52,038 nucleotides of DNA from an archaeon (GCA_038046645.1 JBBSVU010000017.1:1-52038); one strand, 5' to 3'. Positions 10,197 through 20,030 are shown, counted from the stretch's first letter. Program-made: numbers and translations. Notes: a model not told the origin generated them from the letters alone.

Positions 10197-11029
10197 TATT
10201 CAAGACACCTCTTTATAGTTAAATATGTATCATACTTACGTTTAAGATAATAACCTAGGTCTGAATAAAGCCAGTTAAAAATTTTAAGTGCTTGAATATT
10301 GCCCCTGTACCTTAAAGCAAAATGATTGCTAAGCAGTTTATTTTTTGTAAGTATTGTTCTATTCAATTTGAGATATTTAATTAGATAATTTTGTATTTCA
10401 GTTAGAAATTCCTTTGTTCCAACTATCTGGAACAACAGTGATTTTGGTTTTTTTGTAAATAAAATGCTTCCATCCCCCTCAAAAGCACCCCTGATAAAAG
10501 ATTTCATAATTGCCTCTTTATTAGCTCTTTTTATTGCATTAGGGAATTTTAAAGTAGTTGATTTATTAGGAATAATCCCAAAAGAAATAAGTTTATTTAC
10601 TATTTTTTTACTTTTTATCTTGAGATGTACTAGGTTATATTCTTTATTTGTTTTTTTTAAAATTGTTTTTTGACTATAAATAGGCCCACCATACCCCAAT
10701 AATTGTTTAATCTTAAAAGTGACATCACTATCTCTTTTATTTACTCTAAGCCCAAAAGAACCATCTTTTGTAACGTAACCATCTGTTGCAAGCCACCCTA
10801 AAACCCATGCCACATTCTCATCAATATTTTCAAAAAAATATTCATTAAGCGAATAGGTTCTTAAATGAATCTTCCATGTGCGTTCTCTTGATTTTAAATG
10901 ATACCTTAACATGCGTTGGCTTATTACCCACTGGGATACACCCAATGTTTTAGCAATTTCTTGCTGTGATTTAAGTTTATTAAAATATTCTTCCACAATG
11001 AGAGGTTTAGGAATGTCATATTGTTGCAT
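10196..11029 (-). CDS. free-standing HTH + LAGLIDADG endonuclease-like protein
   Basis: SQQEIAKTLGVSQWVI HTH; AWVLGWLATDG and SFIRGAFEGDG motifs; likely leaderless ATG at 11029 about 23 nt after a TTATATA box. Confidence 0.85.
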   Translation of the reverse strand: MQQYDIPKPLIVEEYFNKLKSQQEIAKTLGVSQWVISQRMLRYHLKSRERTWKIHLRTYSLNEYFFENIDENVAWVLGWLATDGYVTKDGSFGLRVNKRDSDVTFKIKQLLGYGGPIYSQKTILKKTNKEYNLVHLKIKSKKIVNKLISFGIIPNKSTTLKFPNAIKRANKEAIMKSFIRGAFEGDGSILFTKKPKSLLFQIVGTKEFLTEIQNYLIKYLKLNRTILTKNKLLSNHFALRYRGNIQALKIFNWLYSDLGYYLKRKYDTYLTIKRCLE

Positions 11030-11066
11030 AGGATAAAGATGATTTTTGTAATTATATAATCTTTCG

Positions 11067-11088
11067 GAAGAGTAGATTTCCCTTGAAT
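11067..11088 (-). repeat. 22-bp motif upstream of LAGLIDADG gene, copy 1
   Basis: ATTCAAGGGAAATCTACTCTTC, 21/22 identical to 26642-26663. Confidence 0.85.
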
Positions 11089-11090
11089 AA

Positions 11091-12083
11091 TCAATCAAAT
11101 AAATCCCCCTGCATAATGAGCGTTTTCCACCATTTTTCATTGTTTTTGTACCATTCCACTGTGTTGCGCAAGGCTTTTTTGAATTCATATATAGGTTTCC
11201 AGCCCAATTCATTCCTTATTTTCTCAGAACTCATCGAATATCTTTTATCATGCCCTAGCCTATCCTGCACAAATTGTATCATTTCTTCTCCGTGCCCAAA
11301 TTCTTCCAGAATCAGCTTTGTCAATTCAATATTGCTAAGCTCATTTCCGCCTGCTACATTGTAAACTTCCCCAATTTTGCCTTTCTTTAAGCATAATTCA
11401 ATAGCCTCGCAATTATCAAGCACAAACAACCAATCCCTTACATTTTTTCCATCGCCATAAAGTGGTACTTTTTTATTTCTCATCAAATTTGTGATAAATA
11501 AAGGGAGTATTTTCTCAGGATATTGGTATGGCCCAAAATTATTGCTAGGCCTTACAATCAAAGCAGGCACAGCATATGTGTTGAAATAGCTGCATACTAA
11601 GCGGTCAGCCCCTGCTTTACTTGCAGAATATGGGTTTCTTGGGTTTAAAACAGATTCTTCAGTGAAAGAACCTTCCAAGATGTGCCCATAAACTTCATCA
11701 GTGCTTATGTGGACAAATTTCTTAAGCTTGTGTTTCCTTGCTTCTTCAAGCAAAGTAGCCGTACCTATAACATCTGTTTGCAAAAAATGCATTGGATCCT
11801 TGATTGAGCGGTCAACATGCGTTTCAGCTGCAAAATGAACAACTGCATCACAATCTTTCATTGCCCTGCTTACAATTCTTTGGTTGCAAATATCGCCTTT
11901 TACGAATTTATACCTTTTTCCAATTTCTTTGTCTGCAGCAATGTCTGCAAGATTTTCCTTTCTTCCGCAGTAGGTTAATTTGTCAAGATTTACTATTTCG
12001 CCTTCTGGATTTTTTTTAAGGTAATTCCTTACAAAATTTGAGCCAATAAATCCGCATCCGCCAGTAACAAGTATTTTATCCAT
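11091..12083 (-). CDS. rfbB: dTDP-glucose 4,6-dehydratase
   Basis: TGGCGFIGS, HFAAETHVDRSI, STDEVYG, PYSASKA, RDWL and HDKRY motifs. Confidence 0.95.
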   Translation of the reverse strand: MDKILVTGGCGFIGSNFVRNYLKKNPEGEIVNLDKLTYCGRKENLADIAADKEIGKRYKFVKGDICNQRIVSRAMKDCDAVVHFAAETHVDRSIKDPMHFLQTDVIGTATLLEEARKHKLKKFVHISTDEVYGHILEGSFTEESVLNPRNPYSASKAGADRLVCSYFNTYAVPALIVRPSNNFGPYQYPEKILPLFITNLMRNKKVPLYGDGKNVRDWLFVLDNCEAIELCLKKGKIGEVYNVAGGNELSNIELTKLILEEFGHGEEMIQFVQDRLGHDKRYSMSSEKIRNELGWKPIYEFKKALRNTVEWYKNNEKWWKTLIMQGDLFD

Positions 12084-12100
12084 ATGATATGCCCTTTCTG

Positions 12101-13051
12101 TCAATTATTAATTGGTTTAGTACAAACATCTTTATAATTTGCCTTATACCAAGCAATCGTCTTTTTCAATCCTTTTTTTAACGATGTTTTTGGTCTCCAT
12201 TTTAGCAGCTTTTTTGCCTTTTTGTTGGATATGCTTGCTATTTTTTTGCCCATTGATGCTTTTTCTGCATTACATTTTCCTATCATTTGCATAATTAACT
12301 GCATTATGCCAGTAACAAGGTAATTGTTGTCTGAGGTTACATTCAATGTTTCTATCCGGCTGTGTTTTTCCATGTATTTTATCGATTTTGAATAAAAGTC
12401 TAAAATATCATCAACATACAACAGGTTTATCTCTGATAAAGGACTCGAAGTAATTTTAGGCTGCTCATTTCTTATTGCGCTTAAAATAGTTGCAGGGATT
12501 AAACGTTTAATATTTAGGTCAGCCCTGCCGTAGATATTTGTTTGCCTTGCAATTATTGCACTTAATCCGTTCTTTTTGCAGAAATCCCTTACCTCTTTTT
12601 CTGCCCTTATCTTTGTCTTGGCATAAATTGTTTTTCCATTAAGCATGCTTTTTTCATGTGCTGTTTTTTTGATTTTTCCATATACCTTATTTGTTGATGC
12701 AAAAATAATTCCCTTGCATTTTAATTTTGCGCATGCCTGCAAAATATTTTTTGTGCCTAAGACATTAACCTTCCTTGTCAACAGAGGGTTTTCTTCTGCA
12801 ATATTTACATCAGAAATCCCTGCCAGATGGATGCAAAAATCAAAATCTTCTGCGATTTTTTCCACCAATCCTTTTTTGGTAATATCTGCTTCAATTATTT
12901 TTATTCCCGGCATTTTTCCGGTGTGTGCAACATTGTTTTTATTCAACACAAGGGCAATAACGTAAAATCCTTCTTCTGAAAATTTTTCGCATAAAGCCTT
13001 TCCAATAAAGCCATCTGCCCCCGTAATTAAAATTTTTTTCATTATTCGCAC
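12101..13051 (-). CDS. NAD-dependent epimerase/dehydratase
   Basis: TGADGFIG, HLAG and YAKTK motifs (extended SDR). Confidence 0.88.
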   Translation of the reverse strand: MRIMKKILITGADGFIGKALCEKFSEEGFYVIALVLNKNNVAHTGKMPGIKIIEADITKKGLVEKIAEDFDFCIHLAGISDVNIAEENPLLTRKVNVLGTKNILQACAKLKCKGIIFASTNKVYGKIKKTAHEKSMLNGKTIYAKTKIRAEKEVRDFCKKNGLSAIIARQTNIYGRADLNIKRLIPATILSAIRNEQPKITSSPLSEINLLYVDDILDFYSKSIKYMEKHSRIETLNVTSDNNYLVTGIMQLIMQMIGKCNAEKASMGKKIASISNKKAKKLLKWRPKTSLKKGLKKTIAWYKANYKDVCTKPINN

Positions 13052-13060
13052 CAGTAATAA

Positions 13061-13945
13061 TCAGATAAGCAATTTTCCATATTTTATGCTTGCAACCAGC
13101 CTGAAAAATTTCAGGCCAATCATGTAAGTAATTCCAACCGAGAGTATTATTAACGTATGCAGCAGTGTTTTATTTTCAAGGAATACTATTCCGCGTGGCG
13201 AGCTTAGGCTTAATTTTCTGCCTTTCTCCCAAGTGCCTGTTGCAAGCGATATATCCTTCAAAGGGTTTACCAATATCCCGAATTTAATGTCCAAGAAATC
13301 CTTAGTTAATTTATTTGGGTGTTTTTTGTATAGCAGAACATCATTCATGTGGTATTTCCATCTTTTTAACACATATTTCAGCAACCCAAAAACTCCTGCT
13401 GGTTTAGTTTCTTCGTGGTCATGCACATATTCCGCTTTTACTTGCTTGAATTCATAGCATAATTCAATTATTTTAAATGTTAAATCAGTGTCTTCCCTGT
13501 AATATCTATATTCCTCATCATAACCCCCAACCTTGTCAAGCAGATGTTTCCTAAATGCAGTGCTTGTCCCGCCATAGCCGCCATAAGATGTTACTGTGCC
13601 TATTTTTTCAGAATCAAACCCTTTTATTAAGTCCATAAGCCATCCTTTTTCAGGAATGCAATCATGGTCCATGTTCACAACAATTTCATATTTTGCCTTT
13701 TTTATTGCAGCATTTCTTGCCTTGCAAACCCCTTGATTTTTTTCAAAATTAATTACAGTTATTCTTTTATTTCCCCCAAAATTCTTTGTAAGCATTTCTT
13801 TTGTTTTGTCTGTTGAACCGTCATTCACGATAATGATTTCATAATCAGCAGGATATTCAATTTTTAACATTGCATTAAGCGCTTTGTCCAATATTTTAGA
13901 ATTATTGTAAGTAGCAACAATGATGCTTGCTCCCGGAAAATTCAT
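13061..13945 (-). CDS. glycosyltransferase family 2
   Basis: VNDGSTD, ARN, DHD and EDTDL motifs. Confidence 0.9.
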   Translation of the reverse strand: MNFPGASIIVATYNNSKILDKALNAMLKIEYPADYEIIIVNDGSTDKTKEMLTKNFGGNKRITVINFEKNQGVCKARNAAIKKAKYEIVVNMDHDCIPEKGWLMDLIKGFDSEKIGTVTSYGGYGGTSTAFRKHLLDKVGGYDEEYRYYREDTDLTFKIIELCYEFKQVKAEYVHDHEETKPAGVFGLLKYVLKRWKYHMNDVLLYKKHPNKLTKDFLDIKFGILVNPLKDISLATGTWEKGRKLSLSSPRGIVFLENKTLLHTLIILSVGITYMIGLKFFRLVASIKYGKLLI

Positions 13946-14436
13946 TTTAGTTCCTCTTTACTGATAAATTCCTTAATCCTTTTTATCATGCCTTCTTTTT
14001 CTGATGCCATGCTGGCTTTTTTATTTAGAGATTTATCTATTGCTTTGCCCAAATCTTTAATATCCAATACTGCGATGCACTTTCCTTTTTCTTCCAAGGC
14101 TTTTGCAATATCAAGCTGATGGTCATCAGTATGCTCGCCGTATTTCTTCAATCTAGGTGCTACTATTAGTGGTTTGCAGTATGTTAATGCGTTTATTATT
14201 GTTCCTGCGCCTCCGTGCGATATTATGATGTCATTTTCCAAAAAGTTTTTGGCGTAATCTTTTTCTTCCAAAAATTTTGCTGATTTGAAATTTTTAGGCA
14301 CATATTTGGAATTCCCTATTTGTGCAAAAAATGCTATCTCTTCTCTTTTTTCTGCAATCCTGTCAGCCTCTGCAAGCAGGCGGTCAAATTGCTGAGTATG
14401 GGTTCCAACAGAAATAAATATTTTTATTTTTTGCAT
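13942..14436 (-). CDS. Alg13/PssE-like glycosyltransferase catalytic subunit (GT28 C-terminal)
   Basis: FISVGT..FDRL, ISHGGAGT and EHTDDHQ motifs. Confidence 0.9.
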   Translation of the reverse strand: MQKIKIFISVGTHTQQFDRLLAEADRIAEKREEIAFFAQIGNSKYVPKNFKSAKFLEEKDYAKNFLENDIIISHGGAGTIINALTYCKPLIVAPRLKKYGEHTDDHQLDIAKALEEKGKCIAVLDIKDLGKAIDKSLNKKASMASEKEGMIKRIKEFISKEELK

Positions 14437-14882
14437 CAGAAAACGCTCCCGCAGAATTCTGCATTTTTATATATTCTGAGATTTTCCTTCCATTGCACAA
14501 GGAATAGGTCTGCGTGCTTCTCCATTATCTTGCCGCTGAGAGATTTCTCTTTTATCCTGCAAAAGCTTTCTATAAAAATGATTTTGCTCCCGAAAATTTT
14601 TGCGATTATGCAGAAGGGTATTGCAGTGTCTGCCCCTGTGCTTATTACAAAATCTGGCCTTTCTTTTAGGTAAGCAGCTAGTGCCTGCCATAAATTTATG
14701 ATAAGGTTTAGGGGATTTCTTTTTGGGCATTTTAAAAAGTAAACCCTTTCTTTTTTTGCCAAACCCATTGCATTTAATCTTTTATCTGAAACAAAGAAGC
14801 ATTCTTTGCCCTGCCAAGCTTTTTCTAATTGCAATAATTCAGTTAGATGTCCGCCGGCAGAAGCAGCTAAACAAATTTTCAT
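14436..14882 (-). CDS. Alg14/PssD-like glycosyltransferase subunit
   Basis: SAGGHL, PDFVISTGA, FIESFCR and VQW motifs. Confidence 0.9.
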   Translation of the reverse strand: MKICLAASAGGHLTELLQLEKAWQGKECFFVSDKRLNAMGLAKKERVYFLKCPKRNPLNLIINLWQALAAYLKERPDFVISTGADTAIPFCIIAKIFGSKIIFIESFCRIKEKSLSGKIMEKHADLFLVQWKENLRIYKNAEFCGSVF

Positions 14883-14891
14883 AAAAATCTT

Positions 14892-15893
14892 TTAGATATA
14901 AATAATCTTCAATACTGATGCAGAAATAATTGCTAAGGAAATAATTAATTGTGCTCCAAGGAGTATTATAACAACCTGCTTTTCAGTGAAATTTCCAATT
15001 TTCATCACTAGGTGTGTCAAAGAACCTCCCTTCGGATTCGCTTTTAATGTTCCATTCTCCTGCGGGATGCCAAAACATTCTGACTTAAATCTGTGCTTTG
15101 CCTTTATTATCAATTCCAAGAAATAAATAAATAGCAATAATAAGCCTATTTTCTCCAAATCCCCAATGATTGAAGCAGCCCCGATTGTTGCGCCAATCAT
15201 TAGTGTTAAGGAGTCCCCGCCGAATATTTTTGCGGGATACCAATTAAATATTAAAAAAGCAAGCAATGCTGCAAGCATTAAAAAGCAGAGGATTGCTGCT
15301 TCAGGCCGCCCGTAACTTATTGCTATTGTTCCAAGGGTTAAGGTGATTATCACACCCAAACCTGCTTCCAATCCATTTAATCCGCCAAGCATGTTTGTTG
15401 CATTTGCTGCCCCGGTTATGCCTAAAGGAACCAAGATTGCAGAATAAACTATGCCAAAATCAACAAGGCCTAAAAAAGGCAATATTATTGCAGGGTTATC
15501 TATATTTATTGCCATTAACGGCAAGGCTGCAAACATCGGCAATAGCGCGTGCTGCCATTGCCTTATGCCTGTTTTCCATCCGATTAGATCATCAAATACC
15601 CCGATTAATGCAATCATTAAAATTGTTGAGAATGATGCCAATAATGAGATTAAATCAAGCTGAATTAACCCGACATAGGATGTCAGGAATATTAATGTAA
15701 TCATCCCAAAACAGAAACCAAACCAGACACCTATGCCGCCTAATTCAGGGATTTTCCTTTTGTCATATTTGTTCATGTCTGTGCCGACAATATTTCTATT
15801 GCCCATTGCACGTATTAGTAAAGGAGTGGTGTAAAATGTAAGTAGAAAAGATGATATCATCCCCAATACAATGTAAAATAGTAAGATTAGCAC
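14892..15893 (-). CDS. Alg7/AglH-like UDP-GlcNAc:lipid-phosphate GlcNAc-1-P transferase (MraY family)
   Basis: DMNK..IPELGG, GVFDD, NATNMLGGLNGLE and NWYPAKIFGGD motifs. Confidence 0.88.
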   Translation of the reverse strand: MLILLFYIVLGMISSFLLTFYTTPLLIRAMGNRNIVGTDMNKYDKRKIPELGGIGVWFGFCFGMITLIFLTSYVGLIQLDLISLLASFSTILMIALIGVFDDLIGWKTGIRQWQHALLPMFAALPLMAINIDNPAIILPFLGLVDFGIVYSAILVPLGITGAANATNMLGGLNGLEAGLGVIITLTLGTIAISYGRPEAAILCFLMLAALLAFLIFNWYPAKIFGGDSLTLMIGATIGAASIIGDLEKIGLLLLFIYFLELIIKAKHRFKSECFGIPQENGTLKANPKGGSLTHLVMKIGNFTEKQVVIILLGAQLIISLAIISASVLKIIYI

Positions 15894-16060
15894 AGAATTC
15901 CCTACTTATTACTTTATTATGTTATTAAATTGGTTTTATGGTACAAAATTTGAAACTTATTTTTGCGGTTATAGCAAAAGACATTAATTTATGAACTTTT
16001 ATTGTCTTTTGCTAGTCGTAAAGGACAATTATTTTGTTCCAATATTTTTGTCCTTTACTA

Positions 16061-18148
16061 TTAGTCTATCCCTAGGGCTTGTTTATTAACTTTGAATATC
16101 TTTGCCGCTTTGCTCTCATAAACCTCTTCGAAGTATTTCATTATTTCTGGTTCATTAAACCAAAGCCTAGCATGCATGGTGTAATTTAGCACAGGCCCTA
16201 TCACAAACAGCTTGTCATTGTTCTTGCTCTTGTAATACCATAATGGCAATTTTCCGTCTTGCACTGTTGATGGATTTGCAGTCCATTGAATAGGCAATGC
16301 TTCATATTGATTAACTGGAATGACGTTGCCGCTGCAGGAATATTTGTCACTTTCTTTGCTGCAATCTAAATCAAAGCCATAATATCCAGCTAATTTTCCC
16401 TGCAGTTCAGGTACGGTGCTAAGATCAACCGACCAATAAGCATAGATTAACATTGAGCTTTGTGATTGGAATAAATCAGTTCCCATTACTAAATAATCCG
16501 GGTTATATTTCTTTATGATTGCCAGCCCTTTATTTAGGTCAGTTGTGGTTACAAACATTCCATAATCCTTTTCTGCAGTAGTATCCATGTTTCTGTTATC
16601 TAATAATACTTGTTTCCCTGCAATAAATGTCAGCCAATGACCTTCATTCCACCAGTTGAATAATTTTGCTTTTTCCGGTAGGTTATCCTTCATCCAATAT
16701 AAGGTATCTTTCCAGCCTGGCCAGCTCTCAATGCTTGGCGGGTTTTGAGTTACAAAATAACTTCCCGCAGCAACGCTAGTTAGCAATAATAAAATAAATA
16801 CTGCTATGCCTAATTTTGCTTCAGGCATTTTTTTATCTTTCATGAACAAGAATAATTCGCTGAATATTACCCCTGCTGCTGCGGCAACAGGCAATCCGAA
16901 TGTGAATGTATATTGCAATTTGTAAAATGCCATGAATAAGGTTATCCAAACCCAAAAGTAAATCAATATTGGCAGATGCCCTTCCTTCTTTTTTATCAAC
17001 CTTAATGGAATTAATACGAGTGCCAATATTGGGAATAGTACCATTGCATTAAATTTATGGCCCCATGTCGGGAATCCGAAACTTTCTTCCCCTACTAATG
17101 AAGTAATAACAGGCGGCCTGAATTTATGCTCAAACATTTGGTTAGGGTCGGTTAGCAAAATTGCCAGCATAAGCACGAAGAAGAACATGATGATTGGAAT
17201 TGCCAAACCCAGAGTTCTATTCTCTTTTGCTGTGTCTTTTTTAGTAGCAATTAATGCAACGATTGCTATAAATGCCAGTACAATTAATCCAGTAACTATT
17301 GCTGAAGAATAATTCCCTAAGAAAACTAAAGAACTGGAAATCATTCCCAATCCCAAATTAATCCAGCTAAGCTTGTCTTGCGGATATGATATTATTGTGA
17401 ACAAGCCCATTACAATTAACCAAAGAATAAAAAATGATTTCAATTCCTCTTTCTTTGATGTTGTGTAAAGATGGAAGAACGCAAATATGAAATAAATTAA
17501 CAGAAGTATTGCTGCAACCAAAAAGAATGCCCATGACCAAGCCATTATTCCTAAGAAGATTCCTGCCAGCACTGCATTAATCAAATTTTGTTTTTTTAGT
17601 GCAGGTTCTTTTATAGCACGTATGAAAAACACAAATGCAATAATCATCCATAAAAAACCTAAGGAATCATCTTCGAAAAATCCAGCCATTGTCCTGTATA
17701 CATATGCAGGGACTGTTGCCGCAAATATTGCCATAGCATATCCTGCCCTTTTGCCATAAATTTCCTTCCCGAAGAAGAATAATGCTATTGCAGTCAATGC
17801 CCCAAATAATGCTGGCAGTATTTTCACAAATTCAATCCACAGTGCTTGGTTATATGGTGCGTTTAGCGTAAATACCTTGTAAAAAGTAGCAGTAAAATAC
17901 CAGAAAAAAGCACCTAATTGAGGTGGTGACGTATAACCTATTTGGTAATATGCTAAAGGGTCTTTTGCAGGCACAAACCCATCTTCTAGGATATATGATA
18001 CTTGCCTTGCGTGATAATAAGAATCGAATTCAAACATTAAGGGATACTTTAATAAATGCCCCCTTATTCCAAAGCCTAAAAGGAAAATAAGCAGTAAAAT
18101 AAACCACTGTTTTTTATCCAATGATTTTATTCTTTCAACAATGCCCAT
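16061..18148 (-). CDS. aglB: oligosaccharyltransferase AglB/STT3
   Basis: EFDSYYH, RTMAGFFEDD, SLVGEE and WWNEG (WWDYG-like) motifs; many TM helices. Confidence 0.88.
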   Translation of the reverse strand: MGIVERIKSLDKKQWFILLLIFLLGFGIRGHLLKYPLMFEFDSYYHARQVSYILEDGFVPAKDPLAYYQIGYTSPPQLGAFFWYFTATFYKVFTLNAPYNQALWIEFVKILPALFGALTAIALFFFGKEIYGKRAGYAMAIFAATVPAYVYRTMAGFFEDDSLGFLWMIIAFVFFIRAIKEPALKKQNLINAVLAGIFLGIMAWSWAFFLVAAILLLIYFIFAFFHLYTTSKKEELKSFFILWLIVMGLFTIISYPQDKLSWINLGLGMISSSLVFLGNYSSAIVTGLIVLAFIAIVALIATKKDTAKENRTLGLAIPIIMFFFVLMLAILLTDPNQMFEHKFRPPVITSLVGEESFGFPTWGHKFNAMVLFPILALVLIPLRLIKKKEGHLPILIYFWVWITLFMAFYKLQYTFTFGLPVAAAAGVIFSELFLFMKDKKMPEAKLGIAVFILLLLTSVAAGSYFVTQNPPSIESWPGWKDTLYWMKDNLPEKAKLFNWWNEGHWLTFIAGKQVLLDNRNMDTTAEKDYGMFVTTTDLNKGLAIIKKYNPDYLVMGTDLFQSQSSMLIYAYWSVDLSTVPELQGKLAGYYGFDLDCSKESDKYSCSGNVIPVNQYEALPIQWTANPSTVQDGKLPLWYYKSKNNDKLFVIGPVLNYTMHARLWFNEPEIMKYFEEVYESKAAKIFKVNKQALGID

Positions 18149-18271
18149 CAATTCACCTAGTTAACTGCTTGTTTGATTTATAGATAATGACCTATATTCA
18201 TTTATAAAGTGTTTTGAAATATTTATCCTGACTTTATACTTAATTTATTATCACAAAATTATTTGGCAAAA

Positions 18272-19558
18272 TTATTCAGTAAGCTTCCTTGCAAATTCCG
18301 GCAGAGTGAATGCTGCCTTATGAATATCAGCGGAATAATATTTGAATTTTTCATTAAATGCACTCGCTTTTGCAGCATTAAAATTCTTTAAGGGATGATA
18401 TTTCTTTGATGCGAATGCAAATCCTATTAGCCCTGTTGGGTACATGGGTGTGCTCACATAATAATAGTCTACTATTGGATAAATCTGCTTCATAGAATCC
18501 AGCGATTTCTTTATTATGTCAGCATGTATAAACATTGATTCGCACTGGTGCACAGCAATTCCATCCTTCTTTAATGAATTGTAAACCTTTTGGTAGAAAT
18601 TTTTCAGGAAAAGTGTTTTAGCAGGCCCTGCTGGGTCAGAAGAATCAACTATTATTAAGTCATAAGTATCTCTACGCTCATCTAAAAATCTGAATCCGTC
18701 CTCATTGTAAACATGCACCTTGTGGTTTGAAAGTGATTTTGCAATCTTTGGAAAATATTTCTTGGAAACCTCACAAACCTCTGCATCAATGTCACATAAA
18801 TCAATGCGCTTTATTCCGTTGTGCTTAAGGAGCTCTGTTGCAATTCCCCCATCTCCGCCTCCAATTATTAAAATATGCTCTGCCTTGGGGTGTGTGAACA
18901 TTGCAGGGTGGGAAAGCATTTCATGGTATGTGAATTCGTGTGCATCAGTGAATTGTACCATTCCGTCAAGCACCATCATATTCCCAAATCTAGGGGTTTC
19001 ATAAATATCCAATTGTTGGTATTTTGTTTTTTTGGAAAATATTCTCTTATTAACCCTAAAAAGATGCACTGGTTCCAAATGCCTCAAAAATTGCCCACCT
19101 TCGAAAAACCATTTGCTTGGATCATGCTGTATTACTTCCTCTGCAAGCTCATCTCTTGTGTAAGGTTCTATTCTCCTTACCATGTATTTGCTATTAACCC
19201 TTTTTGCACCAAAATGTTTCTTCGTAAATGCTTCCGCAACCTTTGGGTCATAAATCTTGCAGCTGAAAATGTCAATGTATGCTGAATTTGTGTCTTCAGC
19301 AAGATGCCCTGAAATAAGTGAAGTTTCAATAAGCTGTGTAAAAGAATATCCAGCAACCCTGGGTTCTGCACCGAATCTTACAGCAACAGTTTTCCTGAAG
19401 CGTTTCATTCCAATTAAGTCACAAAGCTTGTGGGCATATTGCACAATTGCCGTCCTGTCTTTTATTTTTTTTGGGTTGCAGCCAAAGAGATCAATGCTTG
19501 TTAGCAAGCCCCATGCCTTGCCCTTGAAAAATTGCTTTTTAATTTGTTTATCAACCAT
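18272..19558 (-). CDS. speE: fusion of SpeD-like pyruvoyl decarboxylase and aminopropyltransferase (spermidine synthase)
   Basis: N-terminal QLIETSLISGH..IDIFSC; C-terminal LDG.VQ, YHEM, IIGGGDGG and DSSDP. Confidence 0.9.
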   Translation of the reverse strand: MVDKQIKKQFFKGKAWGLLTSIDLFGCNPKKIKDRTAIVQYAHKLCDLIGMKRFRKTVAVRFGAEPRVAGYSFTQLIETSLISGHLAEDTNSAYIDIFSCKIYDPKVAEAFTKKHFGAKRVNSKYMVRRIEPYTRDELAEEVIQHDPSKWFFEGGQFLRHLEPVHLFRVNKRIFSKKTKYQQLDIYETPRFGNMMVLDGMVQFTDAHEFTYHEMLSHPAMFTHPKAEHILIIGGGDGGIATELLKHNGIKRIDLCDIDAEVCEVSKKYFPKIAKSLSNHKVHVYNEDGFRFLDERRDTYDLIIVDSSDPAGPAKTLFLKNFYQKVYNSLKKDGIAVHQCESMFIHADIIKKSLDSMKQIYPIVDYYYVSTPMYPTGLIGFAFASKKYHPLKNFNAAKASAFNEKFKYYSADIHKAAFTLPEFARKLTE

Positions 19559-19670
19559 CCATCCACCCATTAAAATTTAAAACATCAAAAAAATTATTGA
19601 AGCCTAATTTGATTGTGGGAGCTCAACAGTTAGGGCTTCGCATAATAAGATGCTTGCTGTTTTTGTTTGG

Positions 19671-20030
19671 TTACCTGAACCTTAACACTTCTTTTACATC
19701 GAATTTTTTAGACTTGAATCTTTTTACGCATAAATCCAATGCTTTTTTTGCCCTTTCTACCCCGCCACATGAATAAATGTCTAATGCAACGTAATTGAAC
19801 TCTGGCCAAGTATGTGCAGAGATATGGGAAGCGGATAACACTACTACCCCAGTAGCCCCTGCAGGCTCAAATTGGTAGAATGCGTCATTAACGACATCAA
19901 AACCAGCATCTTTGGCAGAGCCCATTAATATTTCCTTTAATTTCTCCGCCTTTTCCAATAATTCTTTTGGACAACCGTGCAATTCAGCAATAAGGTGATA
20001 ACCTCCTGCTGGATCGTTTGAATTTTTCAT
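19671..20030 (-). CDS. speD: S-adenosylmethionine decarboxylase proenzyme family
   Basis: HLIAELHGC, FEPAGATG, LSASHISAHTWPE and DIYSCG motifs. Confidence 0.88.
   Translation of the reverse strand: MKNSNDPAGGYHLIAELHGCPKELLEKAEKLKEILMGSAKDAGFDVVNDAFYQFEPAGATGVVVLSASHISAHTWPEFNYVALDIYSCGGVERAKKALDLCVKRFKSKKFDVKEVLRFR

Noticed and set aside
10196..11212. LAGLIDADG ORF as an intein or as the 338-aa ORF-track version
   Set aside because: No N-terminal Cys/Ser or C-terminal His-Asn splice motifs and not in frame with a host gene; the extra 61 codons overlap rfbB, and the TATA position supports ATG 11029
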